A stretch of 64,000 nt of DNA from Eledone cirrhosa (Eukaryota), in contig OZ024746.1 in NCBI GenBank assembly GCA_964016885.1, positions 67,518,001 through 67,582,000 of the forward strand, written 5' to 3'. The stretch's first letter is position 1. Each line of letters opens with the position of its first letter. A program made the position numbers and the translations under genes. Below the pieces are notes generated by a model. The model had not been told where the DNA came from. It worked only from the letters and a program-made list of their open reading frames with translations, and made no database searches. This document shows positions 16,559-29,719 of this stretch, piece after piece.

Positions 16559-16603
16559 GCTCTGACGAATCCTACGGTTACGTAAGGAAGAAACATTGTA
16601 AGC
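16559..16603 (+). ncRNA. Minimal type-I hammerhead ribozyme (family A, right arm)
   Basis: gct-CTGACGA-atcctacggttacgtaaggaa-GAAA-cattg-TA-agc. Stem I gct/agc, imperfect stem II, near-palindromic stem III, GUA cleavage triplet. Confidence 0.78.
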
Positions 16604-16757
16604 CAATAAAAATCTTTTGATGTTGTAGACGCTCTTGTGTTCTTTTTCATATATACGGCTCTGCTCCAAAGCATAGAGCTAATTATTATGCTGCCAATAC
16701 CTTAATGGGACACGGGTATACAATACCTAACTTCTATTAACCTAAGTATATATATAT

Positions 16758-16917
16758 AGTAATAATAATAAATTTGAAGAGTAAAATCCAAAGAGGGCTC
16801 GATAAGGATAAATATATATCAAATATATAAGAGCCGTAGAGCAAATATTTATTAAAATAAGATCCCGTTAAGGTTGAAAGCATCGATTCTTTGCTTAAAC
16901 TTTAATCTGTTATTTTA

Positions 16918-16925
<8 letters not shown>
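16758..16925 (-). mobile_element. TA-embedded short element (family L) with a partial inverted end; related pieces at 14601-14660, 49343-49420 and 52208-52420
   Basis: Shared gaaga(g/c)taaaatc..agagggctcgataaggata and tttattaaaataa(caga) / tctgttattttaataaat sequences. Confidence 0.7.
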
Positions 16926-17007
<82 letters not shown>

Positions 17008-17069
17008 AGAAAATGCGAAGTAGTTTCAGATGTTAAAGTCCTTTAATGATAATGCTGTGATACATATTT

Positions 17070-17103
<34 letters not shown>

Positions 17104-17105
<2 letters not shown>

Positions 17106-17304
17106 CGAAGGAAATGTGGTAAGGAACCAGGTGGACCATAACGCACCAAAGTACTCAATACTTGAGGTAGTAGAGTGGGTAATAGGAACCAGTAAGACAC
17201 CGACAGCTGAGCTCAAGCCGTTTCGACGGCTAATTCTGGACTAATTCTAGTCCAGAATTAGCCGTCGAGACGGCTTGAGCTCAGCTGTCGGGGTCTTACT
17301 GGTT

Positions 17305-17309
<5 letters not shown>
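17104..17309 (-). mobile_element. Fold-back element (family K): 128 bp palindrome 17182-17309 plus tail; relatives at 15196-15253 and 52433-52606
   Basis: The arms are reverse complements. They carry the 3' half of a hammerhead (long stem, then GAAA-cggcttgagctcagc(c/t)g-TC) but no CTGANGA. Confidence 0.8.
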
Positions 17310-17401
<92 letters not shown>

Positions 17402-17525
17402 TAATTATGTATCTGTGTTACTCATTCCTAACTCGCTCAGGTTTATTTTCTATTCTCTATCCTTGTATTGTTATTTCTTTTTACCTTTTACACGCACACG
17501 CACAAACACTCACACACATACACAC

Positions 17526-17562
<37 letters not shown>

Positions 17563-17594
17563 TTGTATATCTTTATACGGATAAATAATCAGAC

Positions 17595-17689
<95 letters not shown>

Positions 17690-19119
17690 TTATATATATA
17701 TAAGCACGTATACATGAAAGACAAGATAGAGTTATGTAGGGAGACAGACAGACAGAATTTTTCATAGATAGATATAAGGTAATATTGGAACATAATATGC
17801 CACTATAGCTTTTGAAGTGTCCACGTAAATATTTATTTTATTTTATATTGCGCTACTATAATTTTATATATAATTGGAGAGTGTAGTTCGAAAAATTATT
17901 GATTTTAATATATTCATAACATTTTAAAGCACGTTTGTTTCTACCTATGTACATTTTGAAGCATATTAATTACACTTGATCAGTTTTATTCTACCTCGGT
18001 TATGCTATAAATTCTCTACAACAACATTGATTTGGCTATTTAAATAGAAAACAAAAAGCTGCGTTTCTTATTGTGACACGGTATATGTGTGCGTCTGTGT
18101 GTTGGTTGAGTGTATGTATGTGTGGACGTTCATAAATATGTATAAGCACATGAGGAAAATTGAGAAGGCATTACCAACTTGCCATTCATTATACAGCGCA
18201 ATGGTAATGAAATAAGTATAAATTGTGTTTAACTATGCTTTAAAACCCATAATACAAACTTGAATAGCTGAGACCTTACACATTTCAATTCATATCGCTC
18301 GTCATAACGTAATAGAAATCATTAAATCCTTACATAGCTAGGCGTTTATTATCCATTCATTAGTATTACACTATGTTAGTGGCTCTTCTATCTTTAAAAT
18401 GGAGGGATAAAAGACAGAAGTGTCCCTAAAATGAATTTCATCTCAGGGCATAAAGGACATAATTTGAGATAGTAAGACCAAATGAGCGAACCTCTGTTCG
18501 ATTGTATTTTGTAGTGATAGATAAATTATATCTGAATACAATACTAGATCATAATGTCTAAAATACCTTTGATCATTGGACTGCTCAATCAGAGCTGATT
18601 TGGGGCTAAACAACAAGAACAGCTAAACGACGTAGAACTGCAGTGGCTTTATAATCCACATTTTACTGTGAAATGTGAAACAAAATATTGAATATTCACA
18701 TTAATATAAGCCTACATTTTCATTAATGAAGGAATAAACTCATTGTTAAGTTTATATAATCGTGGAAGTGGAATTAGGCAGCACACGTCCAGAGAATGAT
18801 TGATAATAGACGAACGTAATCGATGGATATCTGTTACAATAACAGACAAGATTCTTAAAGCCCACAAACGAAAATGTGGTTGATAATGAAGAAGAAGAAA
18901 TGGTGAATTAGATGAGTTTCACAAAATTTGGAGATCAAAAGCTAAAAACTGAAATTTATGGATAAATACAAGCGATCCCATTACCCAATAATAGAGAAAT
19001 CGATAGTTGATTACGAGACCCCTAGTACGTTTGATACCAATGCCATCCATTATAGTGCGATTAAATGTGTTAGATTAAATCTGTTATACATTTATTCCGC
19101 TATTTTATCATATCTGTAT

Positions 19120-19390
19120 CCCTATTATTTCTGAAATCACCAAGAATGGAGAAATACTCTTGACAGCTGACGAACAGATTACTCTTTCGGCGGAACAGTT
19201 CCGAGGAGGACTGGCCTGACCTCCTTCAATATCAGTGTTCAAATTCTGCAGATGCATTACATCAATCACAGTTAGATGTAAAGTGGATAAATATATGATA
19301 CGAAACATGTTGATAGAGTAAGCAAGTCATTGAAAAACAACTATCCTCAAAGGGCCATTGCTTCCTGAAGGTGAGGTACAGCGGACCAAA
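19120..19390 (+). mobile_element. Degenerate RTE-like LINE ORF2 fragment
   Basis: The plus frame reads ..KNGEILLTADEQITLSAEQFRGGLA*PP.., resembling the RTE linker (K.G.IL....EQ..RWAEHF..LLN.PP). Contains stops. Confidence 0.45.
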
Positions 19391-21255
19391 AGTGAGATGG
19401 GCGTGATTTCCACCAGTTATAATGCTAACCTCCACTGCTGCTGATAGGCTACTTTTTTTCATCATAATGAATACGCATATGATAGTAAATGTGATTACTA
19501 CAAAATGTAGGGGAACAGATTTTCCTTCGCTTTTACGTTTGCTATATTCTCTTCTATTCGTTTTAATTTTTGAAAAATTACGTTTTTTTCTTCAATAAAT
19601 TATACTCTAAATAGTATTTAAACAGGGACAGATTACCAGGTTATAGGAAAATATTAATCACGAAATTGTTATGCCGTGGACCATAGAAGAGTAGTTTGCT
19701 GCCACATGCAGCTGCCACACCACGTATTTCAGACCCCTGATCTAGACCAAACAAGTCCGATTGAGCACTTTTTCGGTGATCAGACAACTCTGCCTGCTCT
19801 AAGGTTTTAAATCAAAATAATTTTGGATCAAAGCAAAATAAAAATAATATGTAGACAATTTGAACCTACCGTTCCTTTATATTTCCATAACAAAACTGAA
19901 GTAACGCAATCATACGAGTGATATTGCAATGTCAAACACAAATAAATTCTATGTTAAAATTACATCACGTTGGGAAAATATGCTGCGGTGCAATAATAGT
20001 TCAATAGAAACTTACCAGCATTCTGCGTTATATTCAAATTTTTATTTTGTCTTACTTTCTCTTTATCTCACCTTCTGTCAAAGCATTCATGTACACGTAC
20101 ACACAACACACAGAGACATACATATATATGTGAGCGCACGCGTGTGGTTATTTCGTTGTGTGTGTATGTGTTTGTTTATTTGTTTGTGCGTGTATGCTAG
20201 AAGTATGTCTGCATATAGTTGTACACAAGCTTCTGGCAATAAAGAAATTAAATGAAAAGATAGCAAGAAGCTTTTGTTCCTTCCCTCCTGTTTCGTCTGG
20301 TATTAGATTAGGAAAAATGAAGATTACTTTTTCAAAAATATCAAACGTTTATTTTTAAACTGAACTATGAGATATATCTCGTGCAATTCCTTTCTTAGAT
20401 TCTCCAATATTTATTCATACTCATATACATTTAATTCTCTACAGAAAACTTTCCTTGTAGCAAAGATATTCTCATTATAGAAATCGTTCTTTATATCAGT
20501 ATATGCAAATTGAAACGTGTGACGTAGCAATTTATAGATGTATATCGTAAAGTTTGACAGGTGGTATTTATACAAAGGAAAGGAAAAACTAAAAGTAGAA
20601 AAAAAATGTTCATCATATTACGTTGATGAAAACTAAAGTTATGAGATATTTTCAGACTCAAGATGGACTCTACTGAAATGAAGTAGAGATCCGTGGGAAA
20701 ATAAACAAAACCTAATTTGACAAACCCTTAATATCTCCACGGGAGTAAGCTTGTTTGTCCTCAATGTTGTTGTATTCCATAATTTACAGAAGTAATCTAC
20801 GTTATTATATTTATAACTTCGCTTGTCTTCTTGTAAGTTTCGATGAGAGAACTATGCATGATAAACCCTTACTTAAACCATAGTTAACGTCAACGTATAT
20901 CTGTAATTTGAATATGTAATTTAGAGTAATTTATTATTCTACTCTATTGTCGCTTGAATTAGCCCTGACAGTTTATTAAAACTAGATATTGATTTTTGTA
21001 AATTTTCGAAAAGTGAAATAATCTCGTTGAAAATATCAAGCAAGATTTTTTACGATATAAAAGCTGTATCCTCGATGATAAGCATCTACAGAGGATCCGA
21101 GAAAGGTTTTATGAAGGACGCTATTCATATTTGGTAATTCTTATTTAATCTCTTCCCCAGAAGCGAAACCATCCTTAGTGTATTCAACACTTTCTCATAG
21201 CTAACACTTGAATCACTGATAACATCTGTTCAATGCAAACGGAAATATAATGCAG

Positions 21256-21312
21256 TAACAATAATAATAATAATAATAACAATAATAATAATAATAACAA
21301 TAATAATAATAA

Positions 21313-21343
<31 letters not shown>

Positions 21344-21350
21344 AAGAAGA
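21256..21350. repeat. (AAT)n/(AAG)n compound microsatellite
   Basis: Directly visible. Confidence 0.95.
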
Positions 21351-22374
21351 AATCAAAATTAACAATTATAATGATGCATAATATTTTGAAGTTCTTGCTT
21401 TGTGAATTTGGAATTCTTTCATTGCTAATCATGTTGAGCTAAAAGTATTAGTACAACTTGTCCACATTGTTGACATTGGACTAGGCAAATATATTTCCAA
21501 GGATTTGTTAAGTCATTGGATCCGTTAATATATTCTTATTTTCGTTAAAAGAAAGGAGATTTAAAAAATTAGCATATTGCGCGATCATTTACTTTATACG
21601 AATTTCAACCTAAAACCTAGTATTAACCAAATAATTTAGTGTCAACAACTTGTGAAATGGGTCTCTGCAATATATGTTCATGGTGCTTATAAAGTGATTC
21701 TCTGAATTTTAACTATCTTAAGGATCTTAAAGATCTTTGTCCTGGAAAGAGTAATAGTTTGAATATAAACAACACCAATTAAAGTTCGATATTACAGTTA
21801 TGTATATTAAGTACTCATAAATCATGTTTTCAGCCAAACAAATTTACATATTAACAGTAATTGTGATTGTATCATAAACAGATTTAAAAGCCTTGATCAG
21901 CAGCATTCAAACTATATTTCAAAACTTAATAGCTAATATTCATATTAAGAGGGCTTGACTATGATATAGGCTGCCACAAAAGAAATGACGCATTGATAGT
22001 ATTTGTTTTCGTATATTTACGCAATGCGTTATTATGTGTAACAGTATCAGTTCTACTACATTAAGAGATATCCAATGTTCTTATATTCAGCGAATATATA
22101 AGTCTCACCATGTCCAATGCAGCTGATTTCAGCATTTGCTGTGATACAAATTTTAAATAATATTTTAATTATGGATTAAGACTTTCGGGACATCCCGGAT
22201 ATGTTAGTTATGAAACCTTTCTGTGTGTAAAGCTTTATAGGCATAAATATGACTCCCTGTGTAAGAAATTCAGTTCACAACCAGTTACTTTCAGGTTCGC
22301 TCTCACTTCTACAAAGGCTTTCAGTTCCCCAAATTTTGTGAGCGAAATTTGGTAGACAGAAACTAAGCGGAATC

Positions 22375-22453
<79 letters not shown>

Positions 22454-22484
22454 GAACAAAAGATGGTTAAAGGAGTTCCATGTA

Positions 22485-22551
22485 TTTTATTATGCGCATT
22501 TCAAAAACAAATATCATCATGCAATAATATTTGTGTTTTCATCAGATAAAA
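22485..22551 (-). ncRNA. Minimal hammerhead ribozyme (family B, left arm)
   Basis: Exact reverse complement of 22664-22730. Confidence 0.85.
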
Positions 22552-22663
22552 CAGGAGGACATGATATGAAGGCTAAAAAACACTTGTGGATAGTTCAGTT
22601 TTAAATCAACATCAAACTGAACTATCCACAAGTGTTTTTTAGCCTTCATATCATGTCCTCCTG

Positions 22664-22730
22664 TTTTATCTGATGAAAACACAAATATTATTGCATGATG
22701 ATATTTGTTTTTGAAATGCGCATAATAAAA
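22664..22730 (+). ncRNA. Minimal hammerhead ribozyme (family B, right arm)
   Basis: ttttat-CTGATGA-aaacacaaatattattgcatgatgatatttgttttt-GAAA-tgcgca-TA-ataaaa. Perfect 6 bp stem I, long stem II, perfectly palindromic stem III (ATGCGCAT), AUA site. Confidence 0.88.
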
Positions 22731-22855
22731 TACATGGAACTCCTTTAACCATCTTTTGTTCTTATATATTATGTATACTCAATTCCTACAAACTGTAGAG
22801 TGCTTCTTATCCGATATCTGCATTGCTTTATTGTACTACAATAAAACTCACCTCC

Positions 22856-22913
<58 letters not shown>

Positions 22914-25900
22914 GGGGTGCTGTATATACGTGTGTAGATTTGAGTGCGTGTCTGTTTACAATTACAACGTTTAAGAAACAGTGTATTTGTCCATGTCTCC
23001 TGACTTAATGTTTCGACAAATCAAAATAGTAAATTCTTGTCAATCAGATCGACTGTAGTCTGTCCACAGATTGCTGGCCTTGTATTAGAAAATTGATATT
23101 CGTTTAATTCTGATATTTAAATCAAATAAGTTTTATTTGATTTTATAAGCATTATTCACTAATTTTAAGAACAAATATATTGATGTAAAAGGAAGGACAT
23201 AATGTACAGGGAGATGTCTCCTCTAGGAAAATCACTTGTTAAATGGAGTTAGTAGTATTCAGGGTTTTATAGTTCAGATACAAATTTATAAAGAAAGGTA
23301 TGTCAGTATGCATTAGAGAATGGGAAAATATTAGTGTAAGTTGAGGGGGTTCTAACTTAATGCATTTGGTATCTATTTATATGCCTCTCGTTCTACATTT
23401 CGTCAGAATCAATAACTGCAATTAGAAGCAGGAACTGACCTCGATAACAACATATCTCTAGATCACTATGTTCACCCTCTGAGAAACAGAAGGATTACAA
23501 CAACTAAGGACAGTAATAAGACAACCGTCATTATGACGGTCAACACCACTATAATCATCACCGGCATAAACCCCCACTAACAACAGCAGTAATAAGGTGC
23601 CAAGGAGGAAGTTTTTCTTTGGGGACTTGACCTACTAGAAACAACAGCGAAATCTTCGAGAAATCTCACCTTGCTATCTTGGAAAAGGAAAATACATTGA
23701 TTAATGTAGTTGTATATATCCTTTAAAATGTGAGATGGTTGTGATATCTGTGAACATAGATTTGCTCAATTAAAATGACTTGTGGCTGTACAACAACAGC
23801 AACAACAAGAGCAACAACAACGGTAACAACAATACTGCTATAAATGCTGATTTACACATTGATTCGCTGTCAATACAATTATCGGTACCAGACATGAGCA
23901 CATGCCATCAGTCTATTTTGGGTTTAAAAACAATATGGCTGATTGTTTGATATTCATGACATTCTCAATGGCAATAGAGAAGCGAAATGTTTACAAATAC
24001 GAATCAAAACCGTATTTTACAATTAGTTTTCAGTTGAATGGGCACTTTCATCTACGGTACTCACCAAATACACTTTTATCCATCAATCTATACATGAAAC
24101 GTCTTACAGAAGCATATGTTGTTATGCCGTAATGTAACATTGTGTTATTGCGCGTTAATGTAGTATTTCATAACATGCTGAGTTACAACACATTAACGTA
24201 ATATTTTGTATCATTATACCATAGCATAGTATTTTCTTTTATAAACTGTAATGTAAAATATAGTGTTATTACGCCTTAGCGTAACAGTTGTATTCTTTCT
24301 TTAACATAACAGGCACTGTTACAGTTCTTAAACATTGCCTTCTCTGTTATAACGCCTTAACGTATGTTACATTCTATATATGATACTTTATATATTGTTG
24401 TTGTTCTTTGGTTCCAGGTCAGTCCTGACTGAGTCAGCCTATGCTAAAAGACATTACAGCCGTGACCATCCCGTGTTTAATTCAGTGTTTTCATAATTCT
24501 GTTATATTGTGTGTTTTCCAGTTTTAAAACAATATATGAATTGAGGGAGAAATATCAGTCGTTTCTAACAAATTGAAACCCCACCTACAGACGATTACAT
24601 TATATGTTTGTATTATTACTTAGCATTAAACCAATCTTAATCCAATTAATCGGTTATCAAAGACCTTCTAGCCGTGAGTATTTTTTAGAACTACCTTATG
24701 TTTTCAAAGACAGAAGCGTGTGATCTAAGCGAGACTCGACTACCATCTCTAACACACCGAACGACCACAAAGTCCCATTATAGTATATGTTTTTGTCATT
24801 GTTTAGCCCTAGTTCAGCTCTGATTGAGGTTAAGTATTATATACAAATTATTCAATCGTCACTATCTCAGATTTCGAGTGATATGTGACTACATTAACTA
24901 AAATATCCTATTTTTAAGACAGTAATGTGTAATTTGTGTAATGTTTTCGCTGGCATTTCTAAAGCAGAAGTGCAAATGATAGCTAGTTACATTATATATT
25001 TTGCAGAGTGATATAGGCTATTGGCCCAATTACGCCTAACTGAACTAACAAAGCACTTGTCAATTTTATTGTACTTCTGCTTATACTTACGTCCGTCAAC
25101 TATACCTATTATGTATCTATGTATACATCATAAAATTCCTATCACGAGTATCAAAATCATATTTTCTGTGACATTCATTGCCTACCCTTTTCCTTGATAA
25201 GAGCTAAGCATTGCCTCTAAGGTTTTTGTTTGACCCCTTTAACTAAAAGGTGAATTTCAATTCATTTAGATTATTTTACGTACATCATTCAGTACATCAT
25301 CACCTATATGAAATATAACTCATAGACCAATGAAAGTACAACAACTGAGTAACAACAACAGTGTTACAACGTACTATGCGCAAAGGGACAACAGTAATCT
25401 AAACATCTAAAATAAAAGAGCTTCTATATCAGTGGTTCCCAATATTTAGCCATTACGACCCATTTCAGGAAATCAATAATCTTCCGCAACCTTTTTGTAA
25501 ACGTTTAAATAAAAAGTAATTTTCAAAAAATTTCATTAATCTCATACATAATTCTCAATTTTTGTTTACTGTAAATACTTGGTTGTAGCCATTATGCATA
25601 ACATTAAAAAACATAGCACATGTTATCAAGTAAATCAAAAGTAAAAGATCTTGTATTTGAGATTCGTTTACAGTTATACAACTCTATCAGTTGTCTGGCT
25701 TACTAGATATAGCTGGCAATTTACCCTCAGATGTTAAAAAGAAATTAAGAACGCACCACGCTAAAAACGATAGGATGGTCACCGCTAGAATATATTTGAT
25801 CATAGAACTGCTAAACTAGTGACGTCTGAAACACCACATACGATTCTATTATACCCAAATTCGTATCATTTTTACAAATAAATTCTTATATTTCTAATGT

Positions 25901-26057
25901 CTATGCCTTTCCATGATTCATATGTTTCAAACAATAGTACATGACACATTGGCCATCTACCAAGTTTTGTTGTATATTTATGATTAAATCGAGTCGATCG
26001 ACCAAGCTCTACCTCTCGGTCTTCACTGTTATGTTTCATTTTATTGTAACATCAACA

Positions 26058-26160
26058 TTCTTCTTCTTCTTCTTCTTCTTCTTCTTCTTCTTCTTCTTCT
26101 TCTTCTTCTTCTTCTTCTTCTTCTTCTTCTTCTTCTTCTTCTTCTTCTTCTTCTTCTTCT
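26058..26160. repeat. (CTT)n microsatellite
   Basis: Directly visible. Confidence 0.98.
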
Positions 26161-26847
26161 ACGCCTCCTCCTACTCGACATTCTTCTCCTTCTAATATTA
26201 GTGTTTTTAATTAGGTTTCCTGGCTTGGCTCATTACTCTAATCCAAATTTCATATTATTTCTCTTGTATTTCTCTTTACTGTATACAGTAATATTTCTAG
26301 TTTTATATCGTCTGAAGAGTATAGCTTGAGATTGTCCATATACAAGAGATAGTTTGTTTTAATATCGTAGCATTTGTATCCAAGATCAGACCTGTTATCA
26401 GTTCTTTGAAATAAACCTATGTTAATTGCGATGGCGCCCAGGTTTTATAACTACATTTTTCGTATCTATTTGTAAAACTGTTTGCCAATTACTCATGACA
26501 CGGTTGTTAAATAGTTAACCGTTTGTGCTGCCTTTATTCATACCACGTGTGAGAACCACTATCAAACGCCTTCTGGTCGTCAATCTATGCCATGCTAAGA
26601 TTTCCTTCTCTTTCTGAAGTCCTCCAAAACGACTTAGTTGATCAGAAACCGACGAAAGAAAATAACAGTATATAATTAATAAGGTTAGTCTTGTCTCAGT
26701 ACTATATGGGTAGATGTCATCAATAGAGGATTAAAATCCATAAACACGTGTCTGAAATTCTCGTAAGGTTACTGAAATTGCTGTGACATGTTCGGGGATT
26801 AAAATATTTAAAGCGACACACTTGTATGTTTATTATTGACGAAGATA

Positions 26848-26962
26848 TCAAATCCCGCCGAGGTTAACTTTGCCTTTCATCCTTACGGGGTCGATAAAAT
26901 AAAGTACCCAGTAATGCACTGAGTGATTGCTGGCCTTATGCCTAAAGTAGACAACAATTATT
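26848..26962 (+). mobile_element. tRNA-derived SINE, 5'-truncated (major family in this window)
   Basis: tcaaatcccgccgaggttaactttgcctttcatccttacggggtcgataaaataaagtacc..gctggccttatgcctaaagtagacaacaatta. Confidence 0.85.
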
Positions 26963-27047
26963 CACAAAGATATCGTATATGGCATTATATGCAAACCTAT
27001 TATAATGTAAATCACACTATGGCAGTGCTGCTGCTGCTTATTAATGC

Positions 27048-27091
<44 letters not shown>

Positions 27092-27156
27092 AAATATATA
27101 TATATATATGTAAATATATATATATATACATATAAATATATGTAAATATATATAAG

Positions 27157-27187
<31 letters not shown>

Positions 27188-27229
27188 GTATATATATATG
27201 TGTGTGTGTGTATGTGCACACACACACAC

Positions 27230-27278
<49 letters not shown>

Positions 27279-27674
27279 CACGTATATGTGCATGTGTGTA
27301 TGCATTTATGAATAGATAAATGCCGGCACACACGCACAAAATCACCTATGAACATTAATGACAAAAACGATTCTCAAATTTTACATGTATGAGATTATCG
27401 GAATTATCATTTTACACTTATAAATACTATAGTCTATAATTGATTACCTTCTACACTGCCTCATTAATCTCTCCATCACCTGTTTAGCTGTCTTTTACTC
27501 GGTCTTCTTCTCTGTTCTCACTTTTCTCATTTCATGGATATCTTTAATCTGATAAGCATTAATAACTTCAGTATATATATATTGTTCTAATCAGATTCAA
27601 TTATGGATCATATGGCTTTATTTCATCTCCTTCCCTTCTACTTTCAATATTCTCATGTTTTCTATCAGCCTAGT

Positions 27675-28184
27675 AGCTATTGTATTGGCGATGGAGAAAG
27701 CAAATACACATAGTTAAAGAGGCTCCAATATTGACACACTCATCATCTTTTATAGCTAGCAATTTATTGTCCGGAATGTCCTTCAATTTCTCAAACGTTG
27801 TAGTATAATTCACGGGTGATTGTGTTTTATCTTTAGTATGTCGAGTGACCGAGAACAGGCGGCACAAGGCCAGCAATTTACCAGTGTATTACTGGTACTT
27901 TATTTTATCGACCGCGTAAGGATGAAAGGCAAAGTTAACCTCGGTGGGATTTGAACTCAGAATGGCAAGGGCCGTAACTCTATGCGTCAAAGCATGGCGT
28001 CCAGCTATTGTATTGGCGATTGAAAGCAAATACACATAGTTAAAGAGGCTCCAATATTGACACACTCGTCATCTTTTATAGCTAGCAATTTATTATCCGG
28101 AATGTCCTTCAATTTCTCAAACATTGTAGTGATTCACGGGTGATTGTGTTTTATCTTTAGTACGTCGAGTGACCGAGAACAGGC
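27675..28184. repeat. ~185 bp direct duplication (27675-27860 and 28003-28184) flanking a SINE fragment (27861-28002, minus strand)
   Basis: Both copies run agctattgtattggcgat...gaccgagaacaggc with few differences; the SINE body lies between them. Confidence 0.92.
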
Positions 28185-28305
28185 TCCACTATTACTGCTG
28201 TTGTTTATTCTCTGTGTGTGTTTATTTGCTTATGTTGTTTATTGTGCTTATTTCATATTTCCTTATTAGCTGTTTGAGCTTTAGACTGGTATAAACATAA
28301 ACATA

Positions 28306-28520
28306 CAGGGTGGGCCAGAATTCATGACTCGCTTGTTAGTTCTATTTCTTAACATGCTTGTTTTATTGTTATTTTATTGTTTTAATTTATTATTTTATTT
28401 CTTAATATGCTTAGCAGGTTTCTCAATTTATATTTTTATTTCTTAATAAGCCTCACAGGTTTTTTTATTTATAAATAATTTATAAATAATCAAGCGAGTC
28501 ATGAATTCTGGCCCAGCCTG
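28306..28520. mobile_element. Tc1/mariner-type MITE
   Basis: 30 bp TIRs CAGGGTGGGCCAGAATTCATGACTCGCTTG / CAAGCGAGTCATGAATTCTGGCCCAGCCTG, TA on both sides, AT-rich interior. Confidence 0.88.
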
Positions 28521-29041
28521 TACTTACCAACACGAAGACAAACGTACACAAGCCTGTTGACAAATACCTGTATGTTATGATTTTATTGAATCTCTTCAGC
28601 AAAGCACGGAAATGGCAATCCTACTGGGCATAGACCCTTACAAATGAAAGAAGAGTTACGTATAAGTTTGATTAGCAGTAATTTGCATAATTATACAAAA
28701 AGGTAGATTAAGAGGGCAATGCCTTGAATACAAATAAATGTGGTATGTGTGGGAGGTATTGAATAACGTAGGCAACAAAAACTTTTCATCTGATGAAATT
28801 TGCGTATTAGTTAGAGAAAGCAAACACATGTGCATGCATGTCTGTGTGCATATGCATGTCTGTGTGTGTGTAAGGTGTATTTATATCTAGAAATATAGAC
28901 CAGAAAATGAATATAAGTTTTTTTTATTTATGTAAATCAATGATCCACTCTGTAGTTATGCAGAGAGTTTCTGGCTAATACTATCTTTCAAACTGAATGT
29001 TTATTTTTAAACGGCCTGAATAGTCAATTTTGCGTACGCGA

Positions 29042-29209
<168 letters not shown>

Positions 29210-29719
29210 CACAGAACAAGCTATCTCATGGTCGGGTCGTCGGCGATTAAATCGGCAACCCCACCAAGCTTGCTTTGTGAGGAGGGTGACATGTGGACAC
29301 CCTGCTGGATGAAACACAAGACACAGCAAAGGGCGGAGGAAATCAGCAGAGTCAACGGCCATCCAAAGAGTACTTTTTTTTCTTCTTTTTCACCTGAGAG
29401 TGAAAGGCCCTCAGTTGTTAATTCAACACCTTTCTAGGAACTCTGGAAAAAAAAACCTGCGGCTTCGGAAGCATCCGATGATGTTGACCAGTTCTCCTTT
29501 ACGGGTAGTGTTTTCGATGCTCAGAGAGTGGGATTGGTCGAGTGCAAGGCCTTCCTCCACTTAAAAAAAACCTTCAAAGCACAGGTATTGGTTGTTCAGG
29601 ATCTGTTACAGGTTCGTATGGCTGGCCGTAGCCTAAAAGTGAACCGAACTCTATAATCTGACAAGCGATTGCAAAACTCTTAGCAGAGAAAATTTCGCTC
29701 TACATGGCTGAATACAATC

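Larger units (their letters stand above)
15607..16655. mobile_element. Inverted pair of PLE pLTR-like repeats (family A): ~420 bp arms, ~190 bp T-rich spacer
   Basis: 15607-16030 is the near-perfect reverse complement of 16222-16655. The ORF track shows the same peptide on both strands. Each arm carries a hammerhead core and ends in (TA)n. Confidence 0.9.
22451..22860 (+). mobile_element. Fold-back PLE-derived element (family B): 314 bp palindrome plus ~95 bp tail, flanked by (TA)n
   Basis: Arms 22451-22601 and 22614-22764 are reverse complements, with a 12 nt loop. Second copy at 41344-41768. Confidence 0.92.

Noticed and set aside
15703-16559. Same ~85 aa peptide encoded on both strands (apparent gene duplicate)
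   Set aside because: This is a by-product of the inverted repeat arms; the peptide has no recognisable domain.
14571-17350. CRISPR-like alternation of repeats and unique spacers
   Set aside because: The repeats are variable-length (TA)n, the spacers are 60-1000 bp mobile-element pieces, the context is eukaryotic and there are no cas genes.
22451-22764. Palindromes as amplification or assembly chimeras
   Set aside because: They recur by family with similar axes, respect element boundaries, and several have mismatched arms. Long-read confirmation is still advisable.
25430-26561. hAT/Charlie-like element (cagtggttcccaa ... gagaaccacta)
   Set aside because: The termini are only partly complementary and no 8 bp TSD is visible.
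28790-28825. CTGATGA...GAAA hammerhead-like match
   Set aside because: No convincing stem II or stem III/NUH; probably chance. The matches at 14819 and 26312 are similarly incomplete.
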